Below are positions 38,108-52,625 of a stretch of 64,000 nucleotides of DNA, in pieces. The stretch spans positions 1,054,001 through 1,118,000 of the forward strand of contig OY986946.1 of NCBI GenBank assembly GCA_963920595.1, written 5' to 3'. The DNA is from Eimeria praecox (lineage: Eukaryota). The notes beneath the pieces are model-generated. The model did not search any database and was not told where the DNA came from. It saw only the letters and a program-made list of their open reading frames with translations. Every line of letters begins with the position of its first letter. Position 1 is the stretch's first letter. The position numbers and the translations under genes were made by a program.

Positions 38108-38838
38108 AACACATACCATACTCACACAACATACTACCATATAATCCATATACATACTCGACAACAACAAACTACACCCAACCACACAACAACGCCTCCC
38201 CTTTCCTGTCCTCGCCCCAGCAATACACCTACGCCTCTCTTCTATCAACCGCACACTAAGCGGATCCCGACAGGGGAATTTTCTCTTCACAAACTCTTGC
38301 ATAAGGGTAGCAGAAGTGGTAAGGAAGCTGGTTACTAGCCAGCTTGATGCTTGTGAGCCAACACGCACAGGTATGTTGGCTTGGTTGTGAAGTGATCGGA
38401 GTTGCGCAGGGGTTTGTGTCCAAATGGTGATGAGGTGGGGACGGTGAGTACACAGGAGGGGAATGATGGGCATGAGGCTTGCAAGGGTTTCTTTGGAGAG
38501 TTGAGAGCATGTGTGTTAGGGGTGGGGATACTGTATGCACCGGTGTGGTTGGAGTGGAGTGATGAGGATGCGACGGCATGAAGTACTTGTGGAGCGGTTG
38601 CTTGTCTTAAGGCGGTGAGGTTTGTGTGTATGTACGTGTGTGTAGAGGAAGCATGTGCATGTGAGGATATGGGATGGGTATGTGAATGATTGCATTGCGT
38701 AGCGATAGCGTGGATGAGGAGCGCATGAGCATAGGAAAGATGCCCTGATGATCCCGATGTATTGCTTGTGCATATATAGACAGAATAGAGTCCTTGGGCA
38801 CGCAAAGGGATTGGTTGTGTGTGCATGGATAGAAAAAG

Positions 38839-38961
38839 AGGCCGTCATCACCCAAAGGGATTCCCGCGGAGTCCCCCACCGCAGTACTAACCGGGCCTTG
38901 CGCCGCTTAACTTCGGAGTTCAGATGGGATCCGGTGCATTCGACGCAGTATGAACGACGGC
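38839..38961 (-). rRNA. 5S rRNA: 5S rRNA copy 33
   Basis: Array consensus. Confidence 0.97.
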
Positions 38962-39692
38962 AACACATACCATACTCACACAACATACTACCATATAATC
39001 CATATACATACTCGACAAAAACAAACTACACCCAACCACACAACAACGCCTCCCCTTTCCTGTCCTCGCCCTAGCAATACACCTACGCCTCTCTTCTATC
39101 AACCGCACACTAAGCGGATCCCGACAGGGGAATTTTCTCTTCACAAACTCTTGCATAAGGGTAGCAGAAGTGGTAAGGAAGCTGGTTACTAGCCAGCTTG
39201 ATGCTTGTGAGCCAACACGCACAGGTATGTTGACTTGGTTGTGAAGTGATCGGAGTTGCGCAGGAGTTTGTGTCCAAATGGTGATGAGGTGGGGACGGTG
39301 AGTACACAGGAGGGGAATGATGGGCATGAGGCTTGCAAGGGATTCTTTGGAGAGTTGAGAGCATGTGTGTTAGGGGTGGGGATACTGTATGCACCGGTGT
39401 GGTTGGAGTGGAGTGATGAGGATGCGACGGCATGAAGTATTTGTGGAGCGGTTGCTTGTCTTAAGGCGGTGAGGTTTGTGTGTATGTACGTGTGTGTAGA
39501 GGAAGCATGTGCATGTGAGGATATGGGATGGGTATGTGAATGATTGCATTGCGTAGAGATAGCGTGGATGAGGAGCGCATGAGCATAGGAAAGATGCCGT
39601 GATGATCCCGATGTATTGCTTGTGCATATATAGACAGAATAGAGTCCTTGGGCACGCAAAGGGATTGGTTGTGTGTGCATGGATAGAAAAAG

Positions 39693-39815
39693 AGGCCGTC
39701 ATCACCCAAAGGGATTCCCGCGGAGTCCCCCACCGCAGTACTAACCGGGCCTTGCGCCGCTTAACTTCGGAGTTCAGATGGGACCCGGTGCATTCGACGC
39801 AGTATGAACGACGGC
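39693..39815 (-). rRNA. 5S rRNA: 5S rRNA copy 34
   Basis: Array consensus with A32G. Confidence 0.96.
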
Positions 39816-40546
39816 AACACATACCATACTCACACAACATACTACCATATAATCCATATACATACTCGACAAAAACAAACTACACCCAACCACACAACAA
39901 CGCCTCCCCTTTCCTGTCCTCGCCCTAGCAATACACCTACGCCTCTCTTCTATCAACCGCACACTAAGCGGATCCCGACAGGGGAATTTTCTCTTCACAA
40001 ACTCTTGCATAAGGGTAGCAGAAGTGGTAAGGAAGCTGGTTACTAGCCAGCTTGATGCTTGTGAGCCAACACGCACAGGTATGTTGACTTGGTTGTGAAG
40101 TGATCGGAGTTGCGCAGGAGTTTGTGTCCAAATGGTGATGAGGTGGGGACGGTGAGTACACAGGAGGGGAATGATGGGCATGAGGCTTGCAAGGGTTTCT
40201 TTGGAGAGTTGAGAGCATGTGTGTTAGGGGTGGGGATACTGTATGCACCGGTGTGCTTGGAGTGGAGTGATGAGGATGCGACGGCATGAAGTATTTGTGG
40301 AGCGGTTGCTTGTCTTAAGGCGGTGAGGTTTGTGTGTGTGTACGTGTGTGTAGAGGAAGCATGTGCATGTGAGGATATGATATGGGTATGTGAATGATTG
40401 CATTGCGTAGCGATAGCGTGGATGAGGAGCGCATGAGCATAGGAAAGATGCCGTGATGATCCCGATGTATTGCTTGTGCATATATAGACAGAATAGAGTC
40501 CTTGGGCACGCAAAGGGATTGGTTGTGTGTGCATGGATAGAAAAAG

Positions 40547-40669
40547 AGGCCGTCATCACCCAAAGGGATTCCCGCGGAGTCCCCCACCGCAGTACTAACC
40601 GGGCCTTGCGCCGCTTAACTTCGGAGTTCAGATGGGATCCGGTGCATTCGACGCAGTATGAACGACGAC
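40547..40669 (-). rRNA. 5S rRNA: 5S rRNA copy 35
   Basis: Array consensus with C2T. Confidence 0.96.
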
Positions 40670-41400
40670 AACACACACCATACTCACACAACATACTACC
40701 ATATAATCCATATACATACTCGACAAAAACAAACTACACCCAACCACACAACAACGCCTCCCCTTTCCTGTCCTCGCCCTAGCAATACACCTACGCCTCT
40801 CTTCTATCAACCGCACACTAAGCGGATCCCGACCGGGGAATTTTCTCTTCACAAACTCTTGCATAAGGGTAGCAGAAGTGGTAAGGAAGCTGGTTACTAG
40901 CCAGCTTGATGCTTGTGAGCCAACACGCACAGGTATGTTGACTTGGTTGTGAAGTGATCGGAGTTGCGCAGGAGTTTGTGTCCAAATGGTGATGAGGTGG
41001 GGACGGTGAGTACACAGGAGGGGAATGATGGGCATGAGGCTTGCAAGGGTTTCTTTGGAGAGTTGAGAGCATGTGTGTTAGGGGTGGGGATACTGTATGC
41101 ACCGGTGTGCTTGGAGTGGAGTGATGAGGATGCGACGGCATGAAGTATTTGTGGAGCGGTTGCTTGTCTTAAGGCGGTGAGGTTTGTGTGTGTGTACGTG
41201 TGTGTAGAGGAAGCATGTGCATGTGAGGATATGATATGGGTATGTGAATGATTGCATTGCGTAGCGATAGCGTGGATGAGGAGCGCATGAGCATAGGAAA
41301 GATGCCGTGATGATCCCGATGTATTGCTTGTGCATATATAGACAGAATAGAGTCCTTGGGCACGCAAAGGGATTGGTTGTGTGTGCATGGATAGAAAAAG

Positions 41401-41523
41401 AGGCCGTCATCACCCAAAGGGATTCCCGCGGAGTCCCCCACCGCAGTACTAACCGGGCCTTGCGCCGCTTAACTTCGGAGTTCAGATGGGATCCGGTGCA
41501 TTCGACGCAGTATGAACGACGGC
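41401..41523 (-). rRNA. 5S rRNA: 5S rRNA copy 36
   Basis: Array consensus. Confidence 0.97.
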
Positions 41524-42254
41524 AACACATACCATACTCACACAACATACTACCATATAATCCATATACATACTCGACAAAAACAAACTACACCCAACCA
41601 CACAACAACGCCTCCCCTTTCCTGTCCTCGCCCTAGCAATACACCTACGCCTCTCTTCTATCAACCGCACACTAAGCGGATCCCGACAGGGGACTTTTCT
41701 CGTCAGCAACTCTTGCGTAAGGGTAGCAGAAGTGGTAAGGAAGCTGGTTACTAGCCAGCTTGATGCTTGTGAGCCAACACGCACAGGTATGTTGGGTTGG
41801 TTGTGAAATGATCGGAGTTGCGCAGGAGTTTGTGTGCAAATGGTGATGAGGTGGGGACGGTGAGTACACAGGAGGGGAATGATGGGCATGAGGCTTGCAA
41901 GGGTTTCTTTGGAGAGTTGAGAGCATGCGTGTTAGGGGTGGGGATACTGTATGCACCGGTGTGCTTGGAGTGGAGTGATGAGGATGCGACGGCATGAAGT
42001 ATTTGTGGAGCGGTTGCTTGTCTTAAGGCGGTGAGGTTTGTGTGTATGTACGTGTGTCTAGAGGAAGCATGTGCATGTGAGGATATGGGATGGGTATGTG
42101 AATGATTGCATCGCGTAGAGATAGCGTGGATGAGGAGCGCATGAGCATAGGAAAGATGCCGTGATGATCCCGATGTATTGCTTGTGCATATATAGACAGA
42201 ATAGAGTCCTTGGGCGCGCAAAGGGATTGGTTGTGTGTGCATGGATAGAAAAAG

Positions 42255-42377
42255 AGGCCGTCATCACCCAAAGGGATTCCCGCGGAGTCCCCCACCGCAG
42301 TACTAACCGGGCCTTGCGCCGCTTAACTTCGGAGTTCAGATGGGATCCGGTGCATTCGACGCAGTATGAACGACGGC
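42255..42377 (-). rRNA. 5S rRNA: 5S rRNA copy 37
   Basis: Array consensus. Confidence 0.97.
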
Positions 42378-43108
42378 AACACATACCATACTCACACAAC
42401 ATACTACCATATAATCCATATACATACTCGACAAAAACAAACTACACCCAACCACACAACAACGCCTCCCCTTTCCTGTCCTCGCCCTAGCAATACACCT
42501 ACGCCTCTCTTCTATCAACCGCACACTAAGCGGATCCCGACCGGGGAATTTTCTCTTCACAAACTCTTGCATAAGGGTAGCAGAAGTGGTAAGGAAGCTG
42601 CTTACTAGCCAGCTTGATGCTTGTGAGCCAACACGCACAGGTATGTTGACTTGGTTGTGAAGTGATCGGAGTTGCGCAGGAGTTTGTGTCCAAATGGTGA
42701 TGAGGTGGGGACGGTGAGTACACAGGAGGGGAATGATGGGCATGAGGCTTGCAGGGGTTTCTTTGGAGAGTTGAGAGCATGTGTGTTAGGGGTGGGGATA
42801 CTGTATGCACCGGTGTGGTTGGAGTGGAGTGATGAGGATGCGACGGCATGAAGTATTTGTGGAGCGGTTGCTTGTCTTAAGGCGGTGAGGTTTGTGTGTA
42901 TGTACGTGTGTGTAGAGGAAGCATGTGCATGTGAGGATATGGGATGGGTATGTGAATGATTGCATTGCGTAGAGATAGCGTGGATGAGGAGCGCATGAGC
43001 ATAGGAAAGATGCCCTGATGATCCCGATGTATTGCTTGTGCATATATAGACAGAATAGAGTCCTTGGGCACGCAAAGGGATTGGTTGTGTGTGCATGGAT
43101 AGAAAAAG

Positions 43109-43231
43109 AGGCCGTCATCACCCAAAGGGATTCCCGCGGAGTCCCCCACCGCAGTACTAACCGGGCCTTGCGCCGCTTAACTTCGGAGTTCAGATGGGAT
43201 CCGGTGCATTCGACGCAGTATGAACGACGGC
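43109..43231 (-). rRNA. 5S rRNA: 5S rRNA copy 38
   Basis: Array consensus. Confidence 0.97.
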
Positions 43232-43962
43232 AACACATACCATACTCACACAACATACTACCATATAATCCATATACATACTCGACAAAAACAAACTACA
43301 CCCAACCACACAGCAACGCCTCCCCTTTCCTGTCCTCGCCCTAGCAATACACCTACGCCTCTCTTCTATCAACCGCACACTAAGCGGATCCCGACAGGGG
43401 AATTTTCTCGTCAGCAACTCTTGCATAAGGGTAGCAGAAGTGGTAAGGAAGCTGCTTACTAGCCAGCTTGATGCTTGTGAGCCAACACGCACAGTTATGT
43501 TGACTTGGTTGTGAAGTGATCGGAGTTGCGCAGGAGTTTGTGTCCAAATGGTGATGAGGTGGGGGCGGTGAGTACACAGGAGGGGAATGATGGGCATGAG
43601 GCTTGCAAGGGTTTCTTTGGAGAGTTGAGAGCATGTGTGTTAGGGGTGGGGATACTGTATGCACCGGTGTGCTTGGAGTGGAGTGATGAGGATGCGACGG
43701 CATGAAGTATTTGTGGAGCGGTTGCTTGTCTTAAGGCGGTGAGGTTTGTGTGTATGTACGTGTGTCTAGAGGAAGCATGTGCATGTGAGGATATGGGATG
43801 GGTATGTGAATGATTGCATTGCGTAGAGATAGCGTGGATGAGGAGCGCATGAGCATAGGAAAGATGCCGTGATGATCCCGATGCACTGCTTGTGCATATA
43901 TAGACAGAATAGAGTCCTTGGGCACGCAAAGGGATTGGTTGTGTGTGCATGGATAGAAAAAG

Positions 43963-44085
43963 AGGCCGTCATCACCCAAAGGGATTCCCGCGGAGTCCCC
44001 CACCGCAGTACTAACCGGGCCTTGCGCCGCTTAACTTCGGAGTTCAGATGGGATCCGGTGCATTCGACGCAGTATGAACGACGGC
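43963..44085 (-). rRNA. 5S rRNA: 5S rRNA copy 39
   Basis: Array consensus. Confidence 0.97.
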
Positions 44086-44816
44086 AACACATACCATACT
44101 CACACAACATACTACCATATAATCCATATACATACTCGACAAAAACAAACTACACCCAACCACACAGCAACGCCTCCCCTTTCCTGTCCTCGCCCTAGCA
44201 ATACACCTACGCCTCTCTTCTATCAACCGCACACTAAGCGGATCCCGACAGGGGAATTTTCTCGTCAGCAACTCTTGCATAAGGGTAGCAGAAGTGGTAA
44301 GGAAGCTGCTTACTAGCCAGCTTGATGCTTGTGAGCCAACACGCACAGGTATGTTGACTTGGTTGTGAAGTGATCGGAGTTGCGCAGGAGTTTGTGTCCA
44401 AATGGTGATGAGGTGGGGACGGTGAGTACACAGGAGGGGAATGATGGGCATGAGGCTTGCAAGGGTTTCTTTGGAGAGTTGAGAGCATGTGTGTTAGGGG
44501 TGGGGATACTGTATGCACCGGTGTGCTTGGAGTGGAGTGATGAGGATGCGACGGCATGAAGTATTTGTGGAGCGGTTGCTTGTCTTAAGGCGGTGAGGTT
44601 TGTGTGTGTGTACGTGTGTGTAGAGGAAGCATGTGCATGTGAGGATATGATATGGGTATGTGAATGATTGCATTGCGTAGCGATAGCGTGGATGAGGAGC
44701 GCATGAGCATAGGAAAGATGCCGTGATGATCCCGATGTATTGCTTGTGCATATATAGACAGAATAGAGTCCTTGGGCACGCAAAGGGATTGGTTGTGTGT
44801 GCATGGATAGAAAAAG

Positions 44817-44939
44817 AGGCCGTCATCACCCAAAGGGATTCCCGCGGAGTCCCCCACCGCAGTACTAACCGGGCCTTGCGCCGCTTAACTTCGGAGTTCA
44901 GATGGGATCCGGTGCATTCGACGCAGTATGAACGACGGC
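44817..44939 (-). rRNA. 5S rRNA: 5S rRNA copy 40
   Basis: Array consensus. Confidence 0.97.
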
Positions 44940-45670
44940 AACGCATACCATACTCACACAACATACTACCATATAATCCATATACATACTCGACAAAAAC
45001 AAACTACACCCAACCACACAACAACGCCTCCCCTTTCCTGTCCTCGCCCTAGCAATACACCTACGCCTCTCTTCTATCAACCGCACACTAAGCGGATCCC
45101 GACAGGGGACTTTTCTCGTCAGCAACTCTTGCGTAAGGGTAGCAGAAGTGGTAAGGAAGCTGGTTACTAGCCAGCTTGATGCTTGTGAGCCAACACGCAC
45201 AGGTATGTTGGGTTGGTTGTGAAATGATCGGAGTTGCGCAGGGGTTTGTGTGCAAATGGTGATGAGGTGGGGACGGTGAGTACACAGGAGGGGAATGATG
45301 GGCATGAGGCTTGCAAGGGTTTCTTTGGAGAGTTGAGAGCATGCGTGTTAGGGGTGGGGATACTGTATGCACCGGTGTGCTTGGAGTGGAGTGATGAGGA
45401 TGCGACGGCATGAAGTATTTGTGGAGCGGTTGCTTGTCTTAAGGCGGTGAGGTTTGTGTGTATGTACGTGTGTCTAGAGGAAGCATGTGCATGTGAGGAT
45501 ATGGGATGGGTATGTGAATGATTGCATCGCGTAGAGATAGCGTGGATGAGGAGCGCATGAGCATAGGAAAGATGCCGTGATGATCCCGATGTATTGCTTG
45601 TGCATATATAGACAGAATAGAGTCCTTGGGCGCGCAAAGGGATTGGTTGTGTGTGCATGGATAGAAAAAG

Positions 45671-45793
45671 AGGCCGTCATCACCCAAAGGGATTCCCGCG
45701 GAGTCCCCCACCGCAGTACTAACCGGGCCTTGCGCCGCTTAACTTCGGAGTTCAGATGGGATCCGGTGCATTCGACGCAGTATGAACGACGGC
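45671..45793 (-). rRNA. 5S rRNA: 5S rRNA copy 41
   Basis: Array consensus. Confidence 0.97.
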
Positions 45794-46524
45794 AACACAT
45801 ACCATACTCACACAACATACTACCATATAATCCATATACATACTCGACAAAAACAAACTACACCCAACCACACAACAACGCCTCCCCTTTCCTGTCCTCG
45901 CCCTAGCAATACACCTACGCCTCTCTTCTATCAACCGCACACTAAGCGGATCCCGACCGGGGAATTTTCTCTTCACAAACTCTTGCATAAGGGTAGCAGA
46001 AGTGGTAAGGAAGCTGCTTACTAGCCAGCTTGATGCTTGTGAGCCAACACGCACAGGTATGTTGACTTGGTTGTGAAGTGATCGGAGTTGCGCAGGAGTT
46101 TGTGTCCAAATGGTGATGAGGTGGGGACGGTGAGTACACAGGAGGGGAATGATGGGCATGAGGCTTGCAGGGGTTTCTTTGGAGAGTTGAGAGCATGTGT
46201 GTTAGGGGTGGGGATACTGTATGCACCGGTGTGGTTGGAGTGGAGTGATGAGGATGCGACGGCATGAAGTATTTGTGGAGCGGTTGCTTGTCTTAAGGCG
46301 GTGAGGTTTGTGTGTATGTACGTGTGTGTAGAGGAAGCATGTGCATGTGAGGATATGGGATGGGTATGTGAATGATTGCATTGCGTAGAGATAGCGTGGA
46401 TGAGGAGCGCATGAGCATAGGAAAGATGCCCTGATGATCCCGATGTATTGCTTGTGCATATATAGACAGAATAGAGTCCTTGGGCACGCAAAGGGATTGG
46501 TTGTGTGTGCATGGATAGAAAAAG

Positions 46525-46647
46525 AGGCCGTCATCACCCAAAGGGATTCCCGCGGAGTCCCCCACCGCAGTACTAACCGGGCCTTGCGCCGCTTAACTTC
46601 GGAGTTCAGATGGGATCCGGTGCATTCGACGCAGTATGAACGACGGC
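46525..46647 (-). rRNA. 5S rRNA: 5S rRNA copy 42
   Basis: Array consensus. Confidence 0.97.
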
Positions 46648-47378
46648 AACACATACCATACTCACACAACATACTACCATATAATCCATATACATACTCG
46701 ACAAAAACAAACTACACCCAACCACACAGCAACGCCTCCCCTTTCCTGTCCTCGCCCTAGCAATACACCTACGCCTCTCTTCTATCAACCGCACACTAAG
46801 CGGATCCCGACAGGGGAATTTTCTCGTCAGCAACTCTTGCATAAGGGTAGCAGAAGTGGTAAGGAAGCTGCTTACTAGCCAGCTTGATGCTTGTGAGCCA
46901 ACACGCACAGTTATGTTGACTTGGTTGTGAAGTGATCGGAGTTGCGCAGGAGTTTGTGTCCAAATGGTGATGAGGTGGGGGCGGTGAGTACACAGGAGGG
47001 GAATGATGGGCATGAGGCTTGCAAGGGTTTCTTTGGAGAGTTGAGAGCATGTGTGTTAGGGGTGGGGATACTGTATGCACCGGTGTGCTTGGAGTGGAGT
47101 GATGAGGATGCGACGGCATGAAGTATTTGTGGAGCGGTTGCTTGTCTTAAGGCGGTGAGGTTTGTGTGTATGTACGTGTGTCTAGAGGAAGCATGTGCAT
47201 GTGAGGATATGGGATGGGTATGTGAATGATTGCATTGCGTAGAGATAGCGTGGATGAGGAGCGCATGAGCATAGGAAAGATGCCGTGATGATCCCGATGC
47301 ACTGCTTGTGCATATATAGACAGAATAGAGTCCTTGGGCACGCAAAGGGATTGGTTGTGTGTGCATGGATAGAAAAAG

Positions 47379-47501
47379 AGGCCGTCATCACCCAAAGGGA
47401 TTCCCGCGGAGTCCCCCACCGCAGTACTAACCGGGCCTTGCGCCGCTTAACTTCGGAGTTCAGATGGGATCCGGTGCATTCGACGCAGTATGAACGACGG
47501 C
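47379..47501 (-). rRNA. 5S rRNA: 5S rRNA copy 43
   Basis: Array consensus. Confidence 0.97.
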
Positions 47502-48232
47502 AACACATACCATACTCACACAACATACTACCATATAATCCATATACATACTCGACAAAAACAAACTACACCCAACCACACAACAACGCCTCCCCTTTCC
47601 TTTCCTCGCCCTAGCAATACACCTACGCCTCTCTTCTATCAACCGCACACTAAGCGGATCCCGACCGGGGAATTTTCTCTTCACAAACTCTTGCATAAGG
47701 GTAGCAGAAGTGGTAAGGAAGCTGCTTACTAGCCAGCTTGATGCTTGTGAGCCAACACGCACAGGTATGTTGACTTGGTTGTGAAGTGATCGGAGTTGCG
47801 CAGGAGTTTGTGTCCAAATGGTGATGAGGTGGGGACGGTGAGTACACAGGAGGGGAATGATGGGCATGAGGCTTGCAAGGGTTTCTTTGGAGAGTTGAGA
47901 GCATGTGTGTTAGGGGTGGGGATACTGTATGCACCGGTGTGCTTGGAGTGGAGTGATGAGGATGCGACGGCATGAAGCATTTGTGGAGCGGTTGCTTGTC
48001 TTAAGGCGGTGAGGTTTGTGTGTATGTACGTGTGTCTAGAGGAAGCATGTGCATGTGAGGATATGGGATGGGTATGTGAATGATTGCATTGCGTAGAGAT
48101 AGCGTGGATGAGGAGCGCATGAGCATAGGAAAGATGCCGTGATGATCCCGATGCACTGCTTGTGCATATATAGACAGAATAGAGTCCTTGGGCACGCAAA
48201 GGGATTGGTTGTGTGTGCATGGATAGAAAAAG

Positions 48233-48355
48233 AGGCCGTCATCACCCAAAGGGATTCCCGCGGAGTCCCCCACTGCAGTACTAACCGGGCCTTGCGCCGC
48301 TTAACTTCGGAGTTCAGATGGGATCCGGTGCATTCGACGCAGTATGAACGACGGC
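48233..48355 (-). rRNA. 5S rRNA: 5S rRNA copy 44
   Basis: Array consensus with G82A. Confidence 0.96.
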
Positions 48356-49086
48356 AACACATACCATACTCACACAACATACTACCATATAATCCATATA
48401 CATACTCGACAAAAACAAACTACACCCAACCACACAACAACGCCTCCCCTTTCCTTTCCTCGCCCTAGCAATACACCTACGCCTCTCTTCTATCAACCGC
48501 ACACTAAGCGGATCCCGACCGGGGAATTTTCTCTTCACAAACTCTTGCATAAGGGTAGCAGAAGTGGTAAGGAAGCTGGTTACTAGCCAGCTTGATGCTT
48601 GTGAGCCAACACGCACAGGTATGTTGACTTGGTTGTGAAGTGATCGGAGTTGCGCAGGAGTTTGTGTCCAAATGGTGATGAGGTGGGGACGGTGAGTACA
48701 CAGGAGGGGAATGATGGGCATGAGGCTTGCAAGGGTTTCTTTGGAGAGTTGAGAGCATGTGTGTTAGGGGTGGGGATACTGTATGCACCGGTGTGCTTGG
48801 AGTGGAGTGATGAGGATGCGACGGCATGAAGTATTTGTGGAGTGGTTGCTTGTCTTAAGGCGGTGAGGTTTGTGTGTATGTACGTGTGTGTAGAGGAAGC
48901 ATGTGCATGTGAGGATATGGGATGGGTATGTGAATGATTGCATTGCGTAGAGATAGCGTGGATGAGGAGCGCATGAGCATAGGAAAGATGCCGTGATGAT
49001 CCCGATGTATTGCTTGTGCATATATAGACAGAATAGAGTCCTTGGGCACGCAAAGGGATTGGTTGTGTGTGCATGGATAGAAAAAG

Positions 49087-49209
49087 AGGCCGTCATCACC
49101 CAAAGGGATTCCCGCGGAGTCCCCCACCGCAGTACTAACCGGGCCTTGCGCCGCTTAACTTCGGAGTTCAGATGGGATCCGGTGCATTCGACGCAGTATG
49201 AACGACGGC
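49087..49209 (-). rRNA. 5S rRNA: 5S rRNA copy 45
   Basis: Array consensus. Confidence 0.97.
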
Positions 49210-49940
49210 ATCACATACCATACTCACACAACATAATACCATATAATCCATATACATACTCGACAAAAACAAACTACACCCAACCACACAACAACGCCTC
49301 CCCTTTCCTTTCCTCGCCCTAGCAATACACCTACGCCTCTCTTCTATCAACCGCACACTAAGCGGATCCCGACCGGGGAATTTTCTCTTCACAAACTCTT
49401 GCATAAGGGTAGCAGAAGTGGTAAGGAAGCTGGTTACTAGCCAGCTTGATGCTTGTGAGCCAACACGCACAGGTATGTTGACTTGGTTGTGAAGTGATCG
49501 GAGTTGCGCAGGAGTTTGTGTCCAAATGGTGATGAGGTGGGGACGGTGAGTACACAGGAGGGGAATGATGGGCATGAGGCTTGCAAGGGTTTCTTTGGAG
49601 AGTTGAGAGCATGTGTGTTAGGGGTGGGGATACTGTATGCACCGGTGTGCTTGGAGTGGAGTGATGAGGATGCGACGGCATGAAGTATTTGTGGAGTGGT
49701 TGCTTGTCTTAAGGCGGTGAGGTTTGTGTGTATGTACGTGTGTCTAGAGGAAGCATGTGCATGTGAGGATATGGGATGGGTTTGTGAATGATTGCATTGC
49801 GTAGAGATAGCGTGGATGAGGAGCGCATGAGCATAGGAAAGATGCCGTGATGATCCCGATGTATTGCTTGTGCATATATAGACAGAATAGAGTCCTTGGG
49901 CACGCAAAGGGATTGGTTGTGTGTGCATGGATAGAAAAAG

Positions 49941-50063
49941 AGGCCGTCATCACCCAAAGGGATTCCCGCGGAGTCCCCCACCGCAGTACTAACCGGGCCT
50001 TGCGCCGCTTAACTTCGGAGTTCAGATGGGATCCGGTGCATTCGACGCAGTATGAACGACGGC
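49941..50063 (-). rRNA. 5S rRNA: 5S rRNA copy 46
   Basis: Array consensus. Confidence 0.97.
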
Positions 50064-50794
50064 AACACATACCATACTCACACAACATACTACCATATAA
50101 TCCATATACATACTCGACAAAAACAAACTACACCCAACCACACAACAACGCCTCCCCTTTCCTTTCCTCGCCCTAGCAATACACCTACGCCTCTCTTCTA
50201 TCAACCGCACACTAAGCGGATCCCGACCGGGGAATTTTCTCTTCACAAACTCTTGCATAAGGGTAGCAGAAGTGGTAAGGAAGCTGCTTACTAGCCAGCT
50301 TGATGCTTGTGAGCCAACACGCACAGGTATGTTGGCTTGGTTGTGAAGTGACCGGAGTTGCGCAGGAGTTTGTGTCCAAATGGTGATGAGGTGGGGACGG
50401 TGAGTACACAGGAGGGGAATGATGGGCATTAGGCTTGCAAGGGTTTCTTTGGAGAGTTGAGAGCATGTGTGTTAGGGGTGGGGATACTGTATGCACCGGT
50501 GTGCTTGGAGTGGAGTGATGAGGATGCGACGGCATGAAGTATTTGTGGAGCGGTTGCTTGTCTTAAGGCGGTGAGGTTTGTGTGTATGTACGTGTGTCTA
50601 GAGGAAGCATGTGCATGTGAGGATATGATATGGGTATGTGAATGATTGCATTGCGTAGCGATAGCGTGGATGAGGAGCGCATGAGCATAGGAAAGATGCC
50701 GTGATGATCCCGATGTATTGCTTGTGCATATATAGACAGAATAGAGTCCTTGGGCACGCAAAGGGATTGGTTGTGTGTGCATGGATAGAAAAAG

Positions 50795-50917
50795 AGGCCG
50801 TCATCACCCAAAGGGATTCCCGCGGAGTCCCCCACCGCAGTACTAACCGGGCCTTGCGCCGCTTAACTTCGGAGTTCAGATGGGATCCGGTGCATTCGAC
50901 GCAGTATGAACGACGGC
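50795..50917 (-). rRNA. 5S rRNA: 5S rRNA copy 47
   Basis: Array consensus. Confidence 0.97.
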
Positions 50918-51648
50918 AACACATACCATACTCACACAACATACTACCATATAATCCATATACATACTCGACAAAAACAAACTACACCCAACCACACAAC
51001 AACGCCTCCCCTTTCCTGTCCTCGCCCTAGCAATACACCTACGCCTCTCTTCTATCAACCGCACACTAAGCGGATCCCGACCGGGGAATTTTCTCTTCAC
51101 AAACTCTTGCATAAGGGTAGCAGAAGTGGTAAGGAAGCTGCTTACTAGCCAGCTTGATGCTTGTGAGCCAACACGCACAGGTATGTTGGCTTGGTTGTGA
51201 AGTGACCGGAGTTGCGCAGGAGTTTGTGTCCAAATGGTGATGAGGTGGGGACGGTGAGTACACAGGAGGGGAATGATGGGCATGAGGCTTGCAAGGGTTT
51301 CTTTGGAGAGTTGAGAGCATGTGTGTTAGGGGTGGGGATACTGTATGCACCGGTGTGCTTGGAGTGGAGTGATGAGGATGCGACGGCATGAAGTATTTGT
51401 GGAGCGGTTGCTTGTCTTAAGGCGGTGAGGTTTGTGTGTATGTACGTGTGTCTAGAGGAGGCATGTGCATGTGAGGATATGATATGGGTATGTGAATGAT
51501 TGCATTGCGTAGCGATAGCGTGGATGAGGAGCGCATGAGCATAGGAAAGATGCCGTGATGATCCCGATGTATTGCTTGTGCATATATAGACAGAATAGAG
51601 TCCTTGGGCACGCAAAGGGATTGGTTGTGTGTGCATGGATAGAAAAAG

Positions 51649-51771
51649 AGGCCGTCATCACCCAAAGGGATTCCCGCGGAGTCCCCCACCGCAGTACTAA
51701 CCGGGCCTTGCGCCGCTTAACTTCGGAGTTCAGATGGGATCCGGTGTATTCGACGCAGTATGAACGACGGC
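51649..51771 (-). rRNA. 5S rRNA: 5S rRNA copy 48
   Basis: Array consensus with G25A. Confidence 0.96.
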
Positions 51772-52502
51772 AACACATACCATACTCACACAACATACTA
51801 CCATATAATCCATATACATACTCGACAAAAACAAACTACACCCAACCACACAACAACGCCTCCCCTTTCCTTTCCTCGCCCTAGCAATACACCTACGCCT
51901 CTCTTCTATCAACCGCACACTAAGCGGATCCCGACCGGGGAATTTTCTCTTCACAAACTCTTGCATAAGGGTAGCAGAAGTGGTAAGGAAGCTGCTTACT
52001 AGCCAGCTTGATGCTTGTGAGCCAACACGCACAGGTATGTTGGCTTGGTTGTGAAGTGACCGGAGTTGCGCAGGAGTTTGTGTCCAAATGGTGATGAGGT
52101 GGGGACGGTGAGTACACAGGAGGGGAATGATGGGCATGAGGCTTGCAAGGGTTTCTTTGGAGAGTTGAGAGCATGTGTGTTAGGGGTGGGGATACTGTAT
52201 GCACCGGTGTGCTTGGAGTGGAGTGATGAGGATGCGACGGCATGAAGTATTTGTGGAGCGGTTGCTTGTCTTAAGGCGGTGAGGTTTGTGTGTATGTACG
52301 TGTGTCTAGAGGAAGCATGTGCATGTGAGGATATGATATGGGTATGTGAATGATTGCATTGCGTAGCGATAGCGTGGATGAGGAGCGCATGAGCATAGGA
52401 AAGATGCCGTGATGATCCCGATGTATTGCTTGTGCATATATAGACAGAATAGAGTCCTTGGGCACGCAAAGGGATTGGTTGTGTGTGCATGGATAGAAAA
52501 AG

Positions 52503-52625
52503 AGGCCGTCATCACCCAAAGGGATTCCCGCGGAGTCCCCCACCGCAGTACTAACCGGGCCTTGCGCCGCTTAACTTCGGAGTTCAGATGGGATCCGGTG
52601 TATTCGACGCAGTATGAACGACGGC
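52503..52625 (-). rRNA. 5S rRNA: 5S rRNA copy 49
   Basis: Array consensus with G25A. Confidence 0.96.
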
